DNA of 64,000 nucleotides from Chrysomallon squamiferum (Eukaryota > Animalia > Mollusca). The notes under the pieces were generated by a model. That model did no database searches. It was not told where the DNA came from and saw only the letters and a list, made by a program, of their open reading frames with translations. The stretch covers positions 9,610,001-9,674,000 of the forward strand of contig CM022665.1 of assembly GCA_012295275.1 (NCBI GenBank). The letters are read 5' to 3'. Numbering within the stretch: the stretch's first letter is position 1; each line of letters begins with the position of its first letter. Shown piece after piece: positions 40,801 through 53,400 of this stretch. A program made the translations under genes and the position numbers.

Positions 40801-41657
40801 TTACAAATATGAATCTGATGTATTTTCAGTTAAAATTAAAAAATTTGACATCTTCAGCCATTTGTTTTCATAAAGCATAAAACTTTTAAATATCAGTTTA
40901 TATTTAGTATTTAAATATTACTCTCTTTATACATTTGTAATTACATTTTCATTGGAATTAATGAAGCAGTAAACTATCTGAAGGTTTATGTAAATAAAAT
41001 GAGCATGCTAACTGCAATAGTAAACAACATGATACTCTGATCTATTGATCTGCTAGTACAGTATTTGTTTCAAAGATTACATATAATCATTATGTAACAC
41101 AAATATCTTCAGGAAATAAATGTCATTTTCTGATTGCACAGTGTCATAAACAGCTTAATGGAATTTCGCAACTTGAAGAAATATTGTGATTTGTGATTTT
41201 GAGTTGTTTATGTATTGAAGAGACAGCTAGTGGCCATGTTTTTCTGTTTACAAGATTTTAGCACTGAAACAGTCCAAAAGTATGTGCCTAATAATATACA
41301 TGTATAATGCTATAAATTTTAAAATATTCATTTTTCTATATTAAATCCATGCTGTGTACAGTATTTCAGTATTCAAAATATTGCTAGTATATAACATAAC
41401 AAGAGTCTGTACAACAAGGAAACTTCTTTTTGTCATCTGCAGTTATAAGAGATGTTAGTTTTAACCTTTCCGTTGGTAGCTAGTACATGATTAATTTTTG
41501 TTAATTACTTTTTAACAAACAAAGATGATGTAGGCAGACCTGTGTTTAATTCACAGCAGCTGATGTATTAATACCATAGGTTATCTTATTAGTAATTAGA
41601 CAGATGTAAAGAAAATTATATTAACAATTTGGTTTGTTTTGTTATCGAAATATGACT

Positions 41658-42183
41658 CTACTCATGACCATACCGTGAACACTACTCATGACTATACCGT
41701 GAACACTACTCATCACCATACCGTGAACACTACTCCTGACTATACCGTGAACACTACTCATCACCATACCGTGAACACTACTCCTGACTATACCGTGAAC
41801 ACTACTCATCACCATACCGTGAACACTACTCCTGACTATACCGTGAACACTACTCATCACCATACCGTGAACACTGCTCATGACCATACCGTGAACACTG
41901 CTCATGACTATACCGTGAACACTACTCATCACCATACAGTGAACACTACTCATGACTATACCGTGAACACTGCTCATGACTATACCGTGAACACTACTCA
42001 TGACCATACCGTGAACACTACTCATGACCATACCGTGAACACTACTCATGACTATACTGTGAACACTACTCATGACCATACTGTGAACACTACTCATGAC
42101 CATACCGTGAACACTACTCCTGACTATACTGTGAACACTACTCATGACTATACCGTGAACACTACTCATCACCATACCGTGAA
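41658..42183. repeat. 24-bp minisatellite, about 22 copies (CTACTCATGACCATACCGTGAACA), highly homogeneous
   Basis: Direct observation; only a few variable positions; produces the ORFs 41639-42220(+) and 41642-42187(-). Confidence 0.97.
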
Positions 42184-42633
42184 ACACCTACTGTTAACAA
42201 AAGACATGACAATACTGTGAACAGTATTCCATAACTAAAAAAAAATACTGTTAACTAAAAGCATCAGTATACCATGTACAATATTTCAGTACTTAAAAAG
42301 ATATATTTTGTAAAGTTTAATAATACTGTCTATTTCATTTGTGAGTGGAAAGAACATTTTCTTAATACCTTGGTTTATTTTATTTTGTAGCTACATGAAC
42401 TGAATATATTTGAAATACTTGGAAAGATATATTTTCATAAAATTTATTAATACCATTTATTTCATGGACAGTAAAATCAATTTTCAAAAATTTTATAGAC
42501 ATACAGTGAAAGACTGAAAAACATGTTTGAGGTATTTCATAAAGATAAATATATTTGTAAAACAAATTTCCATTTTTATTATCTAACATAACATGCATTT
42601 AAAAAAAAAAAATAAAAAATTATTTTCTTTCAG

Positions 42634-42827
42634 GAGTTACAGAAATCCCAACCAAGCCGAGATTCTAGCTGATTTTCCAATTCACCACAACACAGGCAGA
42701 CCAAAGACTGTTCCAATCCATCGACCACATTTCACTCAGCCATACTGCTTCCAGTTCTATAATCAAACAAGACTTGTTGCTCCAAGCAGTTCACGTCACC
42801 GAAAGCAAACACCTGTCTCATTCGAAG
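42634..42827 (+). CDS. Gene B coding exon 7: SYRNPNQAEILADFPIHHNTGRPKTVPIHRPHFTQPYCFQFYNQTRLVAPSSSRHRKQTPVSFE
   Basis: Acceptor tattttctttcag|G and donor AAG|gtttgt; 194 nt. Phase 2 entry matches the exon 6 exit; exits phase 1; inside ORF 42593-42850. Linkage across the 25-kb intron is inferred from phase and strand. Confidence 0.75.
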
Positions 42828-43949
42828 GTTTGTACTTCATATTTTTGTGAGCAAATGTTCTGTTTAATCCACAGCACTTTATTTGAGGTAAAGAAATGTA
42901 TGGTTGGAGGCAATCCATGTTTTTTGTTTTTGAAAATGGTGTGGTTGCTGGTTTTTACTGTTAGAAGATTTAAAATATTGTAGGTTGTATAATAATGATG
43001 ATGATAATGTTATGGTGATAATATTAGTAGTAGAAGTACAGCAGTAGATAAAAATTATAATGGTAATTTTAAAAAAACAATCACTTGGTGCAATTTTGTT
43101 ATCTCTTTTTACTTTTATAATTGGCTTAAAATTCTACATATTTTAAATTTTGAAACGGATTGAACTTCTCTTATTTAGTGTCAAAAATGTATTTGTAATT
43201 CTTTAGATATATCAATATTTTTATAGGTTTTTATGTTTATTTGATATTAGGATATTTATTTGTATTCAACTGTATTGTATAGTTTTGGTTTACAGACAGG
43301 CATAAAGTTTTATTCATTTGTATTTAATAGATTAATATACTTTTGTAAGCAAAAATTTAGCATTTTTATTATTATTCAGTAGTTTAAAAGTATTTTGTAA
43401 TCTGCACGTCTTAAACAGAAATAACTTAATATTTCTTAAGTCAAGAAGTACATTTTTGTCTGTATGTGTGTGTGTGTGTGTTTGTACATGGAAATGTGTA
43501 TGCTTGCATATATGTGAGTGTAATGTTTTAATTTATTTTACCTTCATGAATTTTTTTTAACAATTCCTGAAATTATACAAATTTCATTCTTAAATTCTGC
43601 ACCTTCTATAAATCATTTGGTTAATTTTATAAATGTGGAAACAACACAACTGTGTTGTGTATAATCTACAAGTTTTGATAGTTAACTGAAACCTGTATGT
43701 GCTGTTTGACTTTTTTTTTTTTTTTTAAATTATAATGAAGCTCATGATCTTGAAAATTATATTCTCCATAAGGATGGCAATCCATTCTGTTCTAAAATCC
43801 TGCATTCTGTCTCTGTAATCTTTTGCTGTCAGTGATATATTAATAAGAATCTTGAATTTATGGTATGTCCTATTTTTTTTTTTAAATTCACTAAACAAAA
43901 CAGTAAAAAAAATAATAATTTAAGAAAAAAGTGAAAATAGAACATGTTA

Positions 43950-44055
43950 TTGCAGCCACTATCTTTTATAACAGCCAGAAATATTTTTATGGACCTTCCC
44001 AGTGACAGGACAACCAGTCATGGGCATAGGCTGGAACAAGAAAATAGCCTAATTG
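43950..44055. mobile_element. Decayed SINE-like fragment
   Basis: gacaggacaaccagtcatgggcataggctggaacaagaaaatagcc shares blocks with 8160-8325 and 21590-21685. Confidence 0.45.
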
Positions 44056-46202
44056 CTAGTATTGTTACGTCTTAAGACACTTGTTTATTATTGCAGTTTT
44101 ATTTCCCTTTTTTTTTTCTTAAAAATTATTGAAATTTTTATTTATTTATTTATTTTACATATTTATTTATTTTTATTATTTGGTTGCTGTTGTTCTTTTC
44201 CCCATAAATTTCATAAATTCTTCAACTTCTACAATGAGGCAGTGGTGAAGTTCTGATGTTTTTACAAATGTACATTTTGTGTCACTTAGCTAAACCATTG
44301 TTATCTACTGTTGAAATTATTGATTTTTGTTAAGACTAATTCTAACAGAGATGAAACAAAGCTTTTATCTTCCTCAGACTTAGTGCATTTTAGTGTAAAA
44401 ACAGGGAGGATACTGATAGTCACTGATTAAAGGCCTTAGGCATGATGTATCACAGATTCAACCTTCACTGTGCCCTTTAAGGTGGGCATAGCGAACTTAC
44501 ACACAACTTTTAACAATGTTAGACAATACCCAGACAGTCTAACAGAGTAATGGCAATGCATTACAACACATTGGAAATTCTTTATAACCAGATTTAATGA
44601 CTGCTAAATTTGACATTAATAATTATGAGGAAGTCAAAAGTGTGACTGTTGAAATAGCCAGTAAAGATATTTGTTACATTTAGATGTTCTTACTGCTAGT
44701 CGGTATCAGAAATGAAATCAGTTTCCTCAGTGCTATACTTACTAAAAGAAATTTGTTACTGACAGCTAATAATGAATATAAATAATACCAATAGCCAATC
44801 TGTATTTTTGTGCTGGGGCATCATTAAAATTCATTTATTCATTCATTTGTTTTTTGAACATAATAGCCTTTGATACTCTTATCACAGGCTTTGAATAGAA
44901 TGGGATTTAACTTTAAGTTGTGCCATAAAGAATTGATTCTGCAACCTACTGTCAGTTCTAACTAACTGAAGATGTTCTTGTGTTGTATACTCACATAGTA
45001 GATGGACAGTTCTGAATTAATGTTACTGAGATTATTTATCTTCCCATTCTTTTTTTAATTTAATATTTTAATTTAAATAAGAAATGCCATATTTTTGGGA
45101 TTGTTCAAAAGTTTAGATTTTAGATAACATCTTTAAACTGAAGTTCTGAAGTAAAATATTGGGTAGATTTACTTTTTTAAAAAAATAGATTTTGAAAGGC
45201 TTCTGTCCAGAAAGTTGTAATCAATAAATAATGATACTAACATTCTTCACCTTATAAGAAGTATCAATATTGACTCAGTTCAGTTACATTATACTGATCA
45301 ATCGGATACTCGTAATGGAATATTTTTAAAGTTTTAATAAGTTATTTGCATTCTGAAATATGGCTTCTTCAAGAGAATTTAGTTTTTCTCCTGGTTGATG
45401 AAATTCATTGATTTAGTAACATGTTTATCAGCCCTTGATAGAAGTATTAGATTATTACTAATATTTCTAAAACTGACAGATATTTGAGGACAATTTTTAT
45501 TAAATATTTTATAACAATTTAACTCTAAGCAAATAACTTCTGGCCAAAATGAAAAAATATATTCATTGAAACAGAAAAAAAGAAAAAAAAGAAGGGACAA
45601 TAAGAAAAACGATACAAGACTCTTTAAAAAATTTATTCATGTTTTATTGTTCAATAGAAATTGATTATTAAGCTACATTTAACTTACAATTTTGAACTGA
45701 TACAATTATCTATTATTGATATTTTTAAAGATTACTGATATTTAAAGCTTAGTTTTATCAACTTCTTTTTATGAATGGATTTAGTTTCACTAAAATAACT
45801 CCTTTAATGATATTTCCTTTTTCCTTTTACACACTGAAGTTCATTCATATTTTACAATCCAACAACAGTAAAGTATTAAATTGAATTTTCAGTCATACAA
45901 GCTTGTAAATACATTAAATAAATATTGATCTTTCTAATGAGAGAATATGCCATGCCTAGTCTAAGCCAAAAAGTTATTAAAATTTAATTACTACTTTGCT
46001 TTTGGAAACAGAGCTTTTTTGCTAATTCTCTCAGATTTTGATGTTCTGTCAGGTTTTTTTTTTCTTGCTCTGACAGTCTCTACACTCTGTTGCTGTCTTT
46101 CTCTCTTTCTTTCTCTTTCTCTCACTGGTTTCTGCAACTCAACAACAAATATCTTATTAAGCTAATTTTTACAAATCTCTGACATTGCTGTGCTTTTAAC
46201 AA

Positions 46203-46243
46203 GATTGGTTTGTGTGAGTGTTAGTGTCCTCTCACTGACGTCA
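46203..46243. promoter_or_regulatory. Inverted CCAAT (GATTGG) plus perfect CRE TGACGTCA (46236-46243)
   Basis: Exact matches about 30 bp apart, downstream of a CT-rich tract. Confidence 0.45.
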
Positions 46244-47321
46244 AGCTGGTGTCAAGTACAAGAAATGGTACATTTGAGCTCAGCCTCAAGGCCAAATTCT
46301 CTTTAATTTGATCACACTTGGGTAAACTCTCTTTTTTTGTGGTTGAGGTAGCACACATATAGACCAGTTTGTCACAGACTTGAAGACTAGTTTATATGGT
46401 TTTTGAAACACATAATATTTTAGTCAAAGTCTGCCAAACAAATTTAGATCTTTTCATCCAGGCTTTGGGAATTTTCCATTCTTCATTTGGATCATGCTAA
46501 ATTTTTGTATTTGAATCTTTCTGAAATTTCCTGATTCAATCATATATTACTCGTATTTTTTTAAAAATTATTTCTGTTATATATAAAATATTATATTTTC
46601 TGATAAATTTCTCTATTAATTAGTTTTTCTTTTTTTCCTGATATCCAATGATAGATAATAATGTATTTTTTTAAGTATTTATAAAAAATTTTGTAAATAA
46701 ATTCTTAAGCAAATGATAACTGACAATACTGGTTATAAATGTCTTTTTGTTTTTTGTTTTTTTTGTTCAATTTCAAATTTGTTTCATCTTGTGAATATAT
46801 ATATATACTTCCATAAGAAGTGGAAATATTTGTTAGAGGTTTTCTGATAAATCTATGTTTATAACTTGTTAAATTTGGATTATCAGTATTAATTACTATT
46901 AAAACCTGTTTAAGCAAATATTTTTAAGGATTTTTTTTTTTTTTTGATAGCTGAAATGGATTGATAATCTAACTATTGGATATTTAGCTTCATATTTTTT
47001 CACACATAGTATTTTAATGGATGTTTATGACTAAAATGATATTAACTGGAGATTACCTGATACTGAAGAAATGTCAGTGTACAGTGACATTGCTTCAGCA
47101 TTTTGGTGGAATGTAATCATATTGAGCCAGTTAGGAATGATATATTTCATAACAGAATATGGTAGAACTAGTCTGTTTCCATCCTGAGATAAATCCTTAG
47201 GAGATTCCCAATTTGTTTTTTTTTAAATTGTTGAAGTTTCAAAAATTATTATTTTTTAAATTTTAAATGTATTTACTGCTGATAAATATTTTTAAGCTAT
47301 TTTTTTAATGTTTGAGATACA

Positions 47322-47352
<31 letters not shown>

Positions 47353-48198
47353 TATTTATTATTAATCCACATTTATTTCATATGTCACTGGTACCTGAAC
47401 CCAACCAGTTAGCCTGTAGCAACACAGTGAAGAACAGGTCACATCAAGAATTCTTCTTTTACATTTTACTACTGAAACCCCCCTCCCCCATAAAAACAAA
47501 CTATAGTTATGCTGATGCTAAGGCAATTAAACTTGTTTTGACCAGTATTGCTATTTATATGTGGTCATTACTATCCATTTGTCAATTTTAATGTGGTCAT
47601 CCTGTGGGGTTTTAATGTTGTTATTTTCTTAATTATTATTTTATTAGTATGTGTCATGTACAGATGGAAATCCACTCAGTTCTAGCTTGGCTTAGTGATA
47701 GATCTTTCAAAAAGACTTGCAATTTCCCCCAGAAAAAGAATACAGAAAAACATTTTAAAATTAATTATGCATCTTTGTTAATTGGTGAGTATTTAATTAA
47801 TCTTTTTAAATACACAAGCCTTGTGTTTGACCACTGTATTCTACTTAACTAAGTTTAATACTTGATAACTCTAATGATAAATATATTATATTATGAAACT
47901 ACTGATCATTTAATATCTTGACATAATGGCAAGATAAAAAAAACACATAAAATCTATTGTTCATTTTGATTTCCCATATTTGAAATGCCTTGTTTTAAAA
48001 ATAACCAACTGTCAAGGACTGTGAACTATTTTGTTTTGGCTTTAGTTTGCATCATCAGGTGTGCTGGGATGGGAAATCATGATGAAAAGAAATGGAATAT
48101 GGGTTATTTATTTTGGTGAACATACTCCGCACTGATTTATTTTACAATATTATTTTATGACTATACAATGCTGGACATGATCATTATTATTAATATTA

Positions 48199-48376
<178 letters not shown>

Positions 48377-49619
48377 TTTTTGGTTCTCGGATGTAGATGG
48401 TTATTTTCTTTTCTATACTGTGCTTCATGACTAATATTGAGTAAACTGAAATTAATAAGTTACCTGAAGTTACTGTCAGTTTGGTATAATAAAGAATTTA
48501 AACATGTAATTTTAGCAAGTTACTGTGAAATTTGTTTTCATTTGTTCTTAACAAACTAGTCAATATTGCCATATCTGTACTAAAAAATACAAAAATACAT
48601 CTGTAGGTGTTTACTGATGCAGATATATTATTTTTACACAAAGCAGCTAACCATAAATGCACTGTTTATTCTGCAGATAATATAACAGGTAAATACAAAA
48701 ACTGGTGAAAAAAAAAAAATTGATTCAAGCATTAATATCTCATTAACATTTCACAGTATGTAATTTAGCATTTTGCCAAATGTTTTAAAAAGAATATTAC
48801 ATATTTTTTTTTTAAAATTATTTCAAATGTATTAGGAAATTCAGTTAATAATATATTTTATATATTTTGTTTACATCATTACATTAAGATATTAAATTAC
48901 AGGTTGTCACATGCATGGTATATTAATATGTCATTGTCATCAGTCATTAAAATGTCTGCTGAGTAAAATGTTTCATTATTTTCAAGTTAGGTATCTGTAG
49001 AAAATAAATTCCTGAATGTATATTTAATTAAATACCGATACTTTGTTAGAATAATTCAGATTTGTTGGACACACACATGTAAGTGTTAGAATAATTTAAA
49101 TATATGTTCATAATATTTTTATTTTCTCCAGCAGAAAATGTTTGAGTAATTATTTCAACAGTTATTAGCTGATTTGTGATAAAAATAAAATAAAATTAAT
49201 TCTGGGTTAGTGAACAGTTTTTGTTCAAGAAAAAAACAAACAGCACTCCCCCAAAAACCACACCTAGACAAACAACAGCTAAAAACACATTTTATTTTCT
49301 AATTATCAGCCATTGTAATTTATATAAAGAGTTCATACAGCTAATCTTTGATAAATGATTGGAGCTATTTTTAAAACGATTTTAAATTCTGGTTTTGTAA
49401 ACAATTTTTCTTTAGGAAAAAGACATAACAACTTCAACAAACAAACAAAAAATAATAGTCGTAATAAACCAACAACCTAACAAAGAAACAAAACAATAAC
49501 AAAAAATGTAAAAAAAAGAAAAATAATATTATGTTTTCTGATTATCAGCTATAACAGTTTATAAAAACAAAAATCAACAAATAGCAGATTAACTCAGTTC
49601 ATGGTGTTTTGGTAAGAAA

Positions 49620-50241
49620 GTCGTGACATTTTATTTATAAAATGTAATCTGACCACAAATGAAAACTTTGTGATGATTATAATAATCAACTCTTGCAATA
49701 AACCATGTTTATTTTTGATGTACATATAACAAACACATACAGTACAGGAATGCGTCTAATTCTGGATCTTGTCATTAGCTATTCTTAGTAAAATGGATGT
49801 TATTTTTCGTCCATGAAATGGAAGGTCTTCTCCTGAAAATAGTAACTAATCACAAGATTCGTGAAATCAAAATGAAGATCGCTAGCAGAGATATTGATCA
49901 CCATGATGGCTTTCGGCTTTGTTGTCTATGGCGTTTTTACTCTCTGTTCCAGATTTAGAAATAATGTTGTTATTTTGGGAAACGTGTGTGAAAATAACCA
50001 GGTAGGCGTCCAAAGACCAGGAATTATTATGTTTTGAGGTCATAATTTTGGTGGAAGTTGTAAGCAGAAAAGAAGAAAAAAATAATTTGTGTTTGTGTTG
50101 AGCTGTTTTGATAGGTCAGTTTTAGTTGTGAGTGCAACAGTTTGATCAAGTTAAGTCATGCAGCTGCAAGGGTTTGATATTTAGTTCATTAAAAAGGGAT
50201 ACTGAACAGGTGTGAAAAGTGATACATCCAGCAGAATTAAG
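49620..50241 (+). promoter_or_regulatory. Candidate internal promoter / alternative non-coding first exon ending at donor AAG|gtatgt (50241/50242)
   Basis: About 9 CpGs in 49620-50010 in an otherwise CpG-poor intron, raised GC, strong orphan donor, no long ORF. Confidence 0.45.
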
Positions 50242-52395
50242 GTATGTTGGGAATTTCAAATACATTTTTTATATTAAGAAGTGTGTATTAACAGTATTAA
50301 GAAAATAAAGTGTTGAAAACAAAATTTCTTAAAGTGAAAATACAATAAAAGAATTAAGGTGTGTAAAAGATTACACAATTAAGATTAAGATGGAAATTAT
50401 AACTGTTAGGAATTTTGGTGATTTGTAATTGAGGAACAATGAAATTTGTGTAATTACATATTTTAAAAATTCATTAGTTAAGGCATACTGAAAAATGAAA
50501 AATCATTTTTAAATACATTTTAAGATATGCATAATAAATATATTTCAAACTTGCAGCAGGACAATTAGTATGATTATTAGTGGTAATGGTTAGTGATACT
50601 AATGGTCATGGTAGTAGTAGCAGCAATATATTTTATCTACATGTCTTATATTTATATATATTTATTATTTAGTAGTAACAGTGATGGTAATGATAGTTAC
50701 AGTAGAAAGAGTGGCGACAACAGCAGTATCAATATAATTATTAGCACTGGCAGCAGTAATTTTAGATAGAATTAAGTATTATTGCAAACTCTGAATGAGT
50801 TAAAAATTTACAAAATAAATATTTTGCAGTATTTTACAACCACTACATTTCAAACACTGAACTCTTTTCTTTTTTTTTTAGTTCTATATTTTTCTACAAC
50901 ACGTCATTAAAATTGGTCTTTAGAGATTCAGAAATGTGCCTCTGTCCTTGAAACTAATCCTGTAAATCCTCCTTAATCCTGTATAAGAAGATTCTTTCTG
51001 GCTTCATTTACTTGAGGGTTGCAGCACTTGGAAATTACAAAAATTTGTATTAGCTTCATTGACTAGCTACTGGCCACCTGTAGGGTCAGCTGATCACTGA
51101 TGATCATTTCCATTTGTCAGAAAATGTGAAAAGTTTCCCAGTATAGATCTTCTAGATTTGTCTGTAAACTTAGAAATAATTTAACACAAATATTGATGAG
51201 AACCAGTGTCTTTGTAAAATGTTTTTTCTTCATGTGTAGTGATGTAAAAAATCAATCATAACTGAAAGCTCGATAAGTTGAGTTTTTGTATCAAGCTGAA
51301 ATGATGTAGATCAAATTACAGTTATTAAAAAAATAATAATAAAATAAATAAAATTATTATTATTTTTTTTAAATTAAAATTTAAGATGTTGGTTATTGTA
51401 AAGAGCTGGATGTACAATTCAGTGTGACTTATTATTATTATTATAAATAAAAATAATTGTTAAATATATATGAAATCATATGCTAACATAATTTGTACAT
51501 TAAAACAAAGAGGAAATATTACAAATTAATTCAAACTTCATTTCAGGTTTGAAAATATTAATAAAATGAAAACACTGCTTAAAAAACAAAACAAACAAAA
51601 TATAGTACATTCAAATTGAATCCTGTTTATTTGTGTTTTACTTTTAAAAATGAATAATAATAATCATAATCATAATAATGAATGAATAAAATTATAAACT
51701 GGAAATAAAGTTGAAACTGATGATGTGCTAAGTACAAAACAGTGAAAACATCAGAAAATAGTATTTTATTATTTAAGTAATAATAAAGTTAAATGTTAAG
51801 ATTGCTTTTTAAAACTATAACTTTCTAATATTCTTTTACTTTATAACCCTTAATGCTGAAGATAATAATGTCACATACATGTTATTTTATTTCATGCTAC
51901 AGAAACATTCACGATTTATTCAATTTATTTAAATCTGTAAATATTATGTGAATCACCAGACTGGTATTTAATGTTGGCAGACCTCATGGGAAATTATCAA
52001 TGTGTAGCAAAACATTTCTGTTGATCCCAGTGTAGCTGATAGTACCCTTAAGATTTTATTTGTTTTCTATATTTGGACTTTAATTACTCTAATAACACCA
52101 ATTTGAGATGTTTGATTATTTAATTCAGATGGGAAACTTCCTCACTGTTGCTAAGTGGAACATGTGGGCAGCAGTGAAATGTTGTTTTATCAAGCAGAGT
52201 TAAGGGAGGAAAATACTTAAAGAAATGAAAACTATTTTTAAAGATAAAATAAATTTAATTTAATTTAAGTTAAATTTAAATAAATAAATAAAATAATTAA
52301 TTAAACAAAATAATTTCAAAAAAAAAGAACCAAAAATAATATTACTACTACTAATAAAAATTATTAAATGATGATGGCAAAATTGAATCATATTT

Positions 52396-52430
<35 letters not shown>

Positions 52431-53238
52431 ATCAATTATAAATATAAAAAATATATATGAAATAATAAAATAATTATTTACTACAGAATGAGGGGGTGTT
52501 AAGAACTTAAAAATACTAAAGAAAAAATATATAAGATTTTTTTTTTTTTTTTTGCTGGATAAAGATGTGACTAAGCTTTTTAATTTTTGCTTTTTTTATT
52601 AGGACTGTTATTGAAATAAGATATTATCTTCATCAAATTCCACATTAAAGTGTAAAGTCTTCTAGTTTATCACATTAGAAAAGGAAAAGAAATAGATAAT
52701 AAAAAGTAAAAACTGAATGATATCATTACTGATGGGAAAAAATCCATTACAAAATATTGAATGTTACGTTAATATTGTTTTAAGAAACTAATTTTGAAAA
52801 TGTCACAAAATTAAAAATTTTTGTGTAATATATTCAGATTTTTTTTTTAAAGAATTATGTAAACAATCATAACAAGTTTGAACTGGTATTTTCTATTATT
52901 ATTATTATTTAATAAGTGTTATTATGACTGTAAATCTGCTAACATAAAATATAAATGTAATTTAAAAGCAATCGAGAACGAAAATAAATTAAGATTATTG
53001 AAATAAATATAAATAAATCACATTTGTAAATATTATACTTTTTGTGAGGTGCGAAAACATAAATCTTTTGCTCTTTAGAACAAAATTATGGACAGGTTAT
53101 AAATAAAAATGTTGAACAGTTGAATATCAGTTTGTTATTAGAAACCAGCTGTTATGGAATTATCTCCACTTGACTCAGTAATAATACTGTCAGATTTTCT
53201 TTATGAGCTAATTAAACACTGCTCACTGTGCTGACCTG

Positions 53239-53400
53239 GATATTAAACGTACAATAATTCTGAGTTGATATTAAACGTACAATAATTATGAGTTGATATT
53301 AAACGTACAATAATTATGAGTTGATATTAAATGTACAATAATTCTGAGTTGATATTAAATGTACAATAATTATGAGTTGATATTAAGCATTCAATAATTC
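53239..53400. repeat. 28-bp minisatellite, about 5.7 copies (GATATTAAACGTACAATAATTCTGAGTT)
   Basis: Direct observation. Confidence 0.95.

Noticed and set aside
41658-42183. 24-bp array as a CRISPR array or as a real 193-aa/181-aa gene
   Set aside because: Units are contiguous with no unique spacers, there are no cas genes, and the context is eukaryotic. The ORFs follow from a stop-free unit whose length is a multiple of 3; the + ORF starts at TTG and lacks a splice acceptor.
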